A stretch of DNA of 64,000 nt, from the NCBI GenBank assembly GCA_963666055.2, contig CAXWPH010000006.1, forward strand, positions 128,001 through 192,000, in the 5' to 3' direction. Numbering within the stretch: the stretch's first letter is position 1; every line of letters starts with the position of its first letter. The stretch comes from Acidobacteriota bacterium. Its GTDB lineage: Bacteria; Acidobacteriota; UBA890; WLXD01. The notes under the pieces are model-generated. The model saw nothing but the letters and a program-made list of their open reading frames with translations. It ran no database searches and was not told the origin of the DNA. Below, one piece after another: positions 57,622 through 64,000 of the stretch. Position numbers and translations under genes: made by a program.

Positions 57622-58026
57622 CTAACAGGCCGAGCGTGCGTCGAGCACTTCGTTGGCGAGCGAATCAGCCTCGACGTTGCTCTCGCGCCGCACGTGCTCG
57701 AGGCGGAACTTGCGGAGCGAGGCCGAAAGCTCAGATGCCTGTCGCCACAGCGGCCGGAGGGTGGGGCTCTTGACCTTGTAGCGACCCTGCATCTGGCGCA
57801 CCAAGAGCTGCGAGTCCGAGCGCACCATGAACGCCTCGACGCGGTTGTCTCGCGCCCAGCGCAGCGCCGCGATCAAGCCCTGGTACTCAGCGTAGTTGTT
57901 AGTCTGCCGGCCGAGGTACTCCCCAAGCCTCGCTACTTCAACGCCGGCAGCATCGCACACACGCACCCCATAGGCGGCGTGGCCTGGATTGCCGCGCGAG
58001 GCACCATCAATATGAGCAACAAACAT
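57622..58026 (-). CDS. rnhA: ribonuclease HI (archaeal-like type)
   Basis: DGASRGNPG, TNNYAEY, DSQLLV, HVRRESNVEADSLAN. Confidence 0.93.
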   Translation of the reverse strand: MFVAHIDGASRGNPGHAAYGVRVCDAAGVEVARLGEYLGRQTNNYAEYQGLIAALRWARDNRVEAFMVRSDSQLLVRQMQGRYKVKSPTLRPLWRQASELSASLRKFRLEHVRRESNVEADSLANEVLDARSAC

Positions 58027-58040
58027 CGGATCGCCAGCTC

Positions 58041-58793
58041 TCAGTCGTCGATTGCTACCTTGATCGACGAGGGCAGCGCCAGGGCTTCGCGTGCAAAGAG
58101 GATCCGTTGGCAGCTGTCGCACTGGACCGGAGCTTCCATATTCAACACCTCGAGCCACAGCTGCGGACGAAGGCGCACGTTACACGCCTGGCAGGTCCCA
58201 TCGGTCGCCTCCCCGATCGCCACGCCGCCACGACGTGCCTTGACGCGCTCGTAGCGCGCCTGCAAATCCGCGTCGACGGTGATCCGGAGCTCATCGGCCT
58301 CGGCGGTGAGCCTGGTGCGATCGATCTCCAAATCAGCCTGGCGCTGGTCGATACTCTCAATCTCCAATCGAGTCACGCGCTCGGTCTCCTGGAGGTCTGC
58401 CCCTCGACGCTCGATCTCCGACTCGAGCTGGTCGGCGCGCTCCATTTCCTCGAGGATCTTCGTCTCGATCCTGCTGGCCGCCTTCTGCGCCTGATTGATC
58501 TCCGCTTGTACGGCCCACAGCTGAGTATTTGTCCGCACGAGCATCTCCCGCTCGCGACACTTGTCGATCTTGCCCTCGAAGTCCTGCAACTCACCTTCTC
58601 GCAGACGGTGCGTCCTGAGGCTCTCCTCTCGCTCCGCCTCCGCCGCCGCGATGCTCGCCTTGGCTTCGGTGATGCGCAGCTCGCATTCGCTCCGCTGACC
58701 GGGCAGGCTCGCCAGCTCCTTTTCGATCTGACCGACCCGCAGCTCCGCGTCCTGCAAGCGTGTCAACCGCGTCAGCTGGTCTCGAACACTCAA
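58041..58793 (-). CDS. coiled-coil protein with C4 zinc ribbon (DUF164/CT398-like)
   Basis: long coiled coil, YERVK, CQAC..CDSCQRIL; upstream of rnhA. Confidence 0.88.
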   Translation of the reverse strand: MSVRDQLTRLTRLQDAELRVGQIEKELASLPGQRSECELRITEAKASIAAAEAEREESLRTHRLREGELQDFEGKIDKCREREMLVRTNTQLWAVQAEINQAQKAASRIETKILEEMERADQLESEIERRGADLQETERVTRLEIESIDQRQADLEIDRTRLTAEADELRITVDADLQARYERVKARRGGVAIGEATDGTCQACNVRLRPQLWLEVLNMEAPVQCDSCQRILFAREALALPSSIKVAIDD

Positions 58794-58881
58794 TCGTCAG
58801 TCCGACAGAGAAGTCCAGAATCGAGACGCCGCGGCGAGCCTGGCTGCGGCGCGCGCGTATCTTAGCATCGGCAGCGTGACG

Positions 58882-60633
58882 CTAGTCTCCCGCCGGCGTC
58901 GTCTCGCGGTCGAACACCACCCGGCCGTCAAAGACCGTCATGTCCACAGCGACCTCGTGGATCTCGAGCGGCGGTATCTCGAACAGGTTCTTCTCCAGCA
59001 CCACCAGGTCGGCCAGCTTACCGACCTCGATCGAGCCACGCTCGTCCTCCTCGAACAAGAGATAGGCGCCCGAGATCGTATAGGCGGCGATGGCGTCTCC
59101 GAGCGTGATGCGCTCCTCGGGCAGCCACGACTCATCGGGCTCGCCATACGGATCGAGTCCACCCAGATAGCGGCGGGTAGCCGCGGTTTCCAGACCTTCC
59201 ACCGGAACCAGGCTAGTGACCGGCCAATCCGTGCCCCACACGAGGTTTGCACCGACGCCGATGATGGAGTTGTGCTGAAGAAGCCGCTCGCTGCGCTCGG
59301 GGCCCAGCACCCGTGCGGCGAACACCGTCTCCCAGTCGTCGCCCCTGCCCCAAAGCGGAGTCATGTTGGCGGTTACGCCCAGGGTACGCAGGCGCGGCAT
59401 GTCCTCCGGGTCGAGCAGTTGCAAATGCGCCAGATGGTGGCGGCCGCTGCCGGTACCGTTGATCCGCTGAGCCTGTTCGATCGCGTTCAACGACTCGCGC
59501 GCGGAGCGATCAGCGATGGCGTGGATATGGACCTGGAAACCCTCGGCATCGAGCCGGGTAACGACCCTGCGCAGACGCTCCGGCTGCACGAACATGGGGC
59601 CACGATACTCATCGTCTCGATCGACAAAGGGTTCCAGCACCGCGGCCGTGTGGTGCTCGATGATGCCGTCCAGCCCGATCTTCACGCAGGTGGCGCGTAG
59701 CTGGCCGTCGCCGAGCGCTGTGCGGCGAGCGATGAAATGACGGATCTGCTCCTCGTCGTCGCGCTGCGGGCTGTAGCGCTGACAGGCTACGGCGCGGACC
59801 GTCAGCTCGCCGGCAGCCTCGAGTTCGGCAAACTCAGCCTCGCTCGCCGCCGATGAGGACGCGTCGACGATCGCGGTGATCCCCAGCCTGGCCATCTCCC
59901 GCAATGCCGCTCGGCGCGCCTCGATACGGAACGCGTGCGTGCTTGGCGGGATGTGCTGCCGCACCAGGCTCTGCGCCGCTTCCTGAAGAATCCCGCTGGG
60001 CTCACCGTCGTTATCGTGATCAATGCGACCATTGGGTGGATCTGGGGTGTCGGCGGTGATCCCGGCGATCTCCAGCGCCCTCGAGTTCGCCCACCCCTGG
60101 TGGCCCGAGGCATTGGTCATCAACGCCGGACGATCACGCACGACCTCGTCGAGCATCTGGCGCGTCGGCACCCCCGAGGGCTTGAACGCCGCCTCGAGCC
60201 AACCGCCGCCGAGGATCCACGGTCGGTGCGGATTCGCATCCGCGTATTCCTGGATGGTCCGCAGCACCTCGGCACTATAGACAATATTGTCGAGGCGCGC
60301 GAGGTCGAGGCTCTGACCGCTCGGGTGCACATGCGAGTCCTGGAAGCCGGGCATGAGCATGCGTCCATCCAGGTCGACGACTCGGGTATCGGCACCTAGG
60401 AACGCCTCGGCTCCGGCATCGGGACCGACATAGACGATACGGTTGCCGGCCACGGCGACGGCGCGCGCCCAGGTGCGCGCGGCGTCAACCGTGTATACGT
60501 CGCCGTTGCGAAAGACGAGGTCGGCCGGCCTCGTTGCTTGGAGACGCACTCGGTCCTCGCCACCGTCGGCAGCGACCAGACCAGCCATAACGGTCACGAC
60601 AGCCACGACGACTACCAACGAGCGACGCACCAT
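58882..60633 (-). CDS. secreted amidohydrolase_3 (YtcJ-like) metal-dependent hydrolase
   Basis: signal peptide, PGFQDSHVH, HAIAD, GTDWP, GSIEVGKLADLVVL. Confidence 0.9.
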   Translation of the reverse strand: MVRRSLVVVVAVVTVMAGLVAADGGEDRVRLQATRPADLVFRNGDVYTVDAARTWARAVAVAGNRIVYVGPDAGAEAFLGADTRVVDLDGRMLMPGFQDSHVHPSGQSLDLARLDNIVYSAEVLRTIQEYADANPHRPWILGGGWLEAAFKPSGVPTRQMLDEVVRDRPALMTNASGHQGWANSRALEIAGITADTPDPPNGRIDHDNDGEPSGILQEAAQSLVRQHIPPSTHAFRIEARRAALREMARLGITAIVDASSSAASEAEFAELEAAGELTVRAVACQRYSPQRDDEEQIRHFIARRTALGDGQLRATCVKIGLDGIIEHHTAAVLEPFVDRDDEYRGPMFVQPERLRRVVTRLDAEGFQVHIHAIADRSARESLNAIEQAQRINGTGSGRHHLAHLQLLDPEDMPRLRTLGVTANMTPLWGRGDDWETVFAARVLGPERSERLLQHNSIIGVGANLVWGTDWPVTSLVPVEGLETAATRRYLGGLDPYGEPDESWLPEERITLGDAIAAYTISGAYLLFEEDERGSIEVGKLADLVVLEKNLFEIPPLEIHEVAVDMTVFDGRVVFDRETTPAGD

Positions 60634-60707
60634 CGAGCTTCTCCCTCCCCTGTACCCTATCTTGTCCCTGTGGTCAGTCTGCCGGCAGAGCTCGGTGTGC
60701 CGAGATC

Positions 60708-62324
60708 TTACTCGGGTCGGATCTCGTCCAGGTCGGCGGTCATCAGCACGCCGGCGAGCTGCGTCATGGTGTGCGCCTGATCCTCAAACAGGTCTTTGTT
60801 CCAGCGCTCGATGCCAGAGGCTGTCGTCCAGTAGAGACCCAGGAACCCGCCGAGGCCGTAGCCGGGCAGATCGAGGCTGTGCCAAGAGTCGGGCAGAGCC
60901 CTGGAGCCGACGCCCCACCACACCTGCTGGATGCCGCCGTTGATGCCAGGGCGCTCAGGCACCGCCACCTGCACGCGTTCCCAGCCGTGCTCTTTGGCAG
61001 CGGCTACCGCCGCGTCGATGAGCACCTGGTTGTTGCGCGACCACAGATACGACTGCTCCGCCAACCCCACCGGCTCCACGACGCCGTCGACCTCGCGATA
61101 GTCGTTCTCGCCCATGTGCTCGGCCTGGATCATCGCTACCAGAGGCTCCCTCGCCTGCGGATTTCGCGTCAGCCAGCTCACCTCGTATGAAGCTCGCTCC
61201 GCCCCTGGATAGTAATGTCGGCTGTCGAGGAAGACGGTGAGGGTTCGCGGCCGGTGCTCCTGCGGGATGTGGGAGAAGTACTTGACGATTGCCAGTAACC
61301 CGAGCGCACCGTTGTCCTGAGTGACCGACGGGCCGTCGGTGTGGTTGATCAGCAGAATCTGCTCGTCGACGGGCGTGCCGTAGTCGCGGCCGGGCAGATA
61401 GGAGATCGTCTGGTATGCTTCCGTCTCCTCGATCGTAGCCTCCAATCGCAGCGTCGCAGTCTTGCCCGCCTTGGCGTCTTCGAGCACCTTGGCGCCGTCC
61501 TCACGGCTCAGGATCACACCTGGGGACTCGTGCAGCGGCGGCACGCCAAACGTGTACAGCCCCTCGGTGCGCTCGTAGGCCATGTCGTAGACGATCACGT
61601 GGCCAGCGGCGTTTCCCTCCACGGCGATCTGCCACAGGCCCTGCCGCAGCTGCCACCAGATGTCGAACGTGATACTGAATTCCGGCGGCACGAACTCGAA
61701 CAGCTCCCAGTAGGTGTCGTCGTTGGCACGCCACTCGTAGTCGTTGAACGTGAAGTCCCTGATGTAGTCATCGTCGTATGGTGGCTCCGGATGCGGCCGC
61801 GTCGGCATCACCACGATCTTTCCCTCTATCGAATCGGGCGGGTTGTCGTGGTCGTAGTAGATCATCTCGGCAGTAATGCCCTCGGGCCCCGTGTTGCCGG
61901 AGTTCGCAGCGTAGTGAGCCACGCGCACGGGGTCGCCGTCGGAGACCAGCGACCAGTTCGTATTGCCAGCCGAGGTGTGCCAGCGATCGTACATCCAACT
62001 ATTTCGATGCATGTCGACGACGCCGTAGTCGAGCAGCTTCTCCTCGAGGAACCCCACGTAGTTGTTCCACTCCGGGCTACCGTTCATCGCTGGCAGGTTG
62101 GCGGACTTCACCAGGGCCCACTCGTAGCCCTCGTCGGCAGTCACCGCCCAGGCCGGATCAACGTTGGTGAACTTGTCGGCGTAAGGGTTGTCGGCGGCGG
62201 CGGCGCAGCCCACCGCAAGCGCCGACAGAGCGATGACGATCATCTGCGCTCGTGCGCGTGTGCTCGCGAGTTCCATTCGAGTCGGTGAGCTCGAGGTCCG
62301 CAGCTGCGAGTAAGGCTCGAACAT
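60708..62324 (-). CDS. putative lipoprotein with PA-like insert and divergent M28-like domain, paralog 2
   Basis: lipobox LAVGC; INHTDG, QDNGALGLL, EHMG; AGGAGG SD; highly similar to 62335-63882. Confidence 0.75.
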   Translation of the reverse strand: MFEPYSQLRTSSSPTRMELASTRARAQMIVIALSALAVGCAAAADNPYADKFTNVDPAWAVTADEGYEWALVKSANLPAMNGSPEWNNYVGFLEEKLLDYGVVDMHRNSWMYDRWHTSAGNTNWSLVSDGDPVRVAHYAANSGNTGPEGITAEMIYYDHDNPPDSIEGKIVVMPTRPHPEPPYDDDYIRDFTFNDYEWRANDDTYWELFEFVPPEFSITFDIWWQLRQGLWQIAVEGNAAGHVIVYDMAYERTEGLYTFGVPPLHESPGVILSREDGAKVLEDAKAGKTATLRLEATIEETEAYQTISYLPGRDYGTPVDEQILLINHTDGPSVTQDNGALGLLAIVKYFSHIPQEHRPRTLTVFLDSRHYYPGAERASYEVSWLTRNPQAREPLVAMIQAEHMGENDYREVDGVVEPVGLAEQSYLWSRNNQVLIDAAVAAAKEHGWERVQVAVPERPGINGGIQQVWWGVGSRALPDSWHSLDLPGYGLGGFLGLYWTTASGIERWNKDLFEDQAHTMTQLAGVLMTADLDEIRPE

Positions 62325-62334
62325 CCTCTGCCTC

Positions 62335-63882
62335 CTATTCGGGTCGAATCTCGTCGAGGTCAGCGGTCATCAATACACCGGTCAGCTGCGTCATCGTGTG
62401 CGCCTGGTCCTCGAACAGATCCTTGTTCCAGCGCTCGATGCCGCTGGCCGTCGTCCAGTAGAGGCCGAGGAAGCCGCCGAGGCCGAAGCCGGGCAAGTCA
62501 AGACAGTCCGGGCAACGGCGGTGCATCCGCCCAGCAACCCCCCACCACCTCTGCTGCAGACCGCCGTTAATTCCGGGGCGCTCCGGCACCGCCACCTGCA
62601 CGCGTTCCCAACCGTGCTCCTTGGCGGCGGTGATCGCCGCGTCGATCAGCACCGGGTTGTTGCGCGTCCACAGGTACGACTGCTCGGCCAGCCCCACCGC
62701 CTCTACCCGGCCGTCCACCTCTCGGTAGTCCATCTCGCCCATATGCTCGATGTGCATGAGCGCCACCAGCGGCTCCTCGGCCTCCGGATGACGAGCGAGC
62801 CAGCTCACCTCGGCCGATGCACGCTCCGCTCCCGGGTAGTAGTGACGGCTGTCCAGGAAGATCGTCAGCGTCCGCGGGCGGTGCTCCTGGGGAATGTGGG
62901 AGAAGTACTTGACGATCGCCAGCAGCCCGAGCGCGCCGTTGTCCTGGGTGATCGACGGGCCGTCTGTGTGGTTGATGAGCAGGATCTGCTCGTCGTCGGG
63001 CGTGCCGTAGTCGCGGCCCGGCAGATAGGCAATCGTTTGGTAGGCTTCCGACTCTTCGACCGTGGCCTCTAACCGGAGCGTCGCGGTCTTCCCCGCTTTG
63101 GCGTCCTCGAGAACCTTGGCGCCGTCCTCGCGACTCAGGATCACCCCCGGAGACTCGTGCAGCGGCGGCACCCCGAATGTGTACAGCCCCTCGGTGCGCT
63201 CGAACGCCATGTCGTAGACAATCACGTGGCCCGCGGCGCCTCCGTCCACGGCGATCCGCCAAAGGCCCTGGCCCAGCTGCCACCAGATGTCGAAGGTGAT
63301 GGAAAACTCCGGCGGCACGAACTCGAACAGCTCCAGGTAGGTGTCGTCGTTGGCGCGCCACTCGTAGTCGTTGAACGTGAAGCTCCTGATATACCTCTCG
63401 TCGTAGGGCGGTTCCGGGTGTGGCCGGGTAGGGATCACCACGATCTTGCCGGCGATCGAATCCGGCGGGCTGTCGTGGTCGTAATAGACCATCTCGGCAG
63501 TGATGCCCTGCGGCCCGGTGTTGCCCGAGTTGGCCGCGTAATGCGCCACGCGCACCTGGGTGCCGTCCGATACCAACGACCAGTTCGTGTCGTCGAACGA
63601 GGTGTCCCAGCGATCGAACATCCAGCTGTTGTGGTACACGTCGACGGCGCCATACTCGACCAGCTTCTCTTCGAGAAACCCGACGTAGTTGTTCCACTCC
63701 GGGCTACCGTTCAACGCCGGCAGGTTATCGCTCCTCACCACCGCCCACTCATTGCCCTCGTCAGCGGTGACCGCCCAGGCCGGATCGATGTTGGTGAACT
63801 TGTCGGCGTGCGGGTTGGCGGTGCCGCCGCAGGCGGCAACCGCCAGCAGCAAGAAGATCACAGTCGCGACACTACGCTTCAT
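62335..63882 (-). CDS. putative lipoprotein with PA-like insert and divergent M28-like domain, paralog 1
   Basis: MKRSVATVIFLLLAVAA-C lipobox; same motifs as its neighbour; AAGGAG SD. Confidence 0.75.
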   Translation of the reverse strand: MKRSVATVIFLLLAVAACGGTANPHADKFTNIDPAWAVTADEGNEWAVVRSDNLPALNGSPEWNNYVGFLEEKLVEYGAVDVYHNSWMFDRWDTSFDDTNWSLVSDGTQVRVAHYAANSGNTGPQGITAEMVYYDHDSPPDSIAGKIVVIPTRPHPEPPYDERYIRSFTFNDYEWRANDDTYLELFEFVPPEFSITFDIWWQLGQGLWRIAVDGGAAGHVIVYDMAFERTEGLYTFGVPPLHESPGVILSREDGAKVLEDAKAGKTATLRLEATVEESEAYQTIAYLPGRDYGTPDDEQILLINHTDGPSITQDNGALGLLAIVKYFSHIPQEHRPRTLTIFLDSRHYYPGAERASAEVSWLARHPEAEEPLVALMHIEHMGEMDYREVDGRVEAVGLAEQSYLWTRNNPVLIDAAITAAKEHGWERVQVAVPERPGINGGLQQRWWGVAGRMHRRCPDCLDLPGFGLGGFLGLYWTTASGIERWNKDLFEDQAHTMTQLTGVLMTADLDEIRPE

Positions 63883-64000
63883 GGCAGTTGTCTCTCCTTC
63901 CGCGGGCGGGCCCAGCAGGCGGCGCACACGGTCCTCTCTCAGGGTCGTTCGGCCGAGGCGGCAGGCATCGTAACACCGAGGTTGATCTGCAGCCCCGGAA

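Noticed and set aside
57613-58881. rnpB RNA, often near zinc-ribbon/rnhA genes
   Set aside because: No room for it and no GAGGAAAGTCC core; rnhA converges directly on pgeF
337-63697. Many long antisense or alternate-frame ORFs (e.g. 337-1218, 34912-36273, 62567-63697)
   Set aside because: Arg/Pro/Ala-rich shadow ORFs expected from GC-rich codon bias over well-supported genes

Overview
GC-rich bacterial chromosome segment. The Oar-type TonB receptor, GWxTD protein and gene order suggest Acidobacteriota (inference). From left to right: (1) a nucleoside/purine salvage-catabolism neighbourhood (NupC-type transporter, PNP, cdd, lipoprotein MtaD-like deaminase, TonB-dependent receptor, TPR, GWxTD, DeoC with a long N-terminal extension, YggX, MocA, XdhC, CcdA); (2) gap-pgk-tpiA-secG-tRNA-Leu; (3) an SLT gene behind a structured leader, then NFACT/RqcH; (4) a SigW-like ECF/anti-sigma operon with its own promoter; (5) yggS-yggT and mtnA-tsaD-lepB; (6) accD, frameshifted folC, lptD, a gmd/rmd-like pair and htpX; (7) the dcw cluster mraZ..ftsZ (no ddl); (8) radical SAM, pgeF, rnhA and a zinc-ribbon protein; (9) two tandem paralogous M28-like lipoproteins plus a secreted amidohydrolase. 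No transposase, integrase, phage gene or CRISPR array was seen. Intergenic spaces nevertheless carry several families of small palindromic, mostly CTAG-bounded elements, including one intact 271-bp MITE. The most notable signals are these elements and the nucleoside-scavenging locus with a possibly microcompartment-targeted DeoC. All calls were made by eye; no database search was run.
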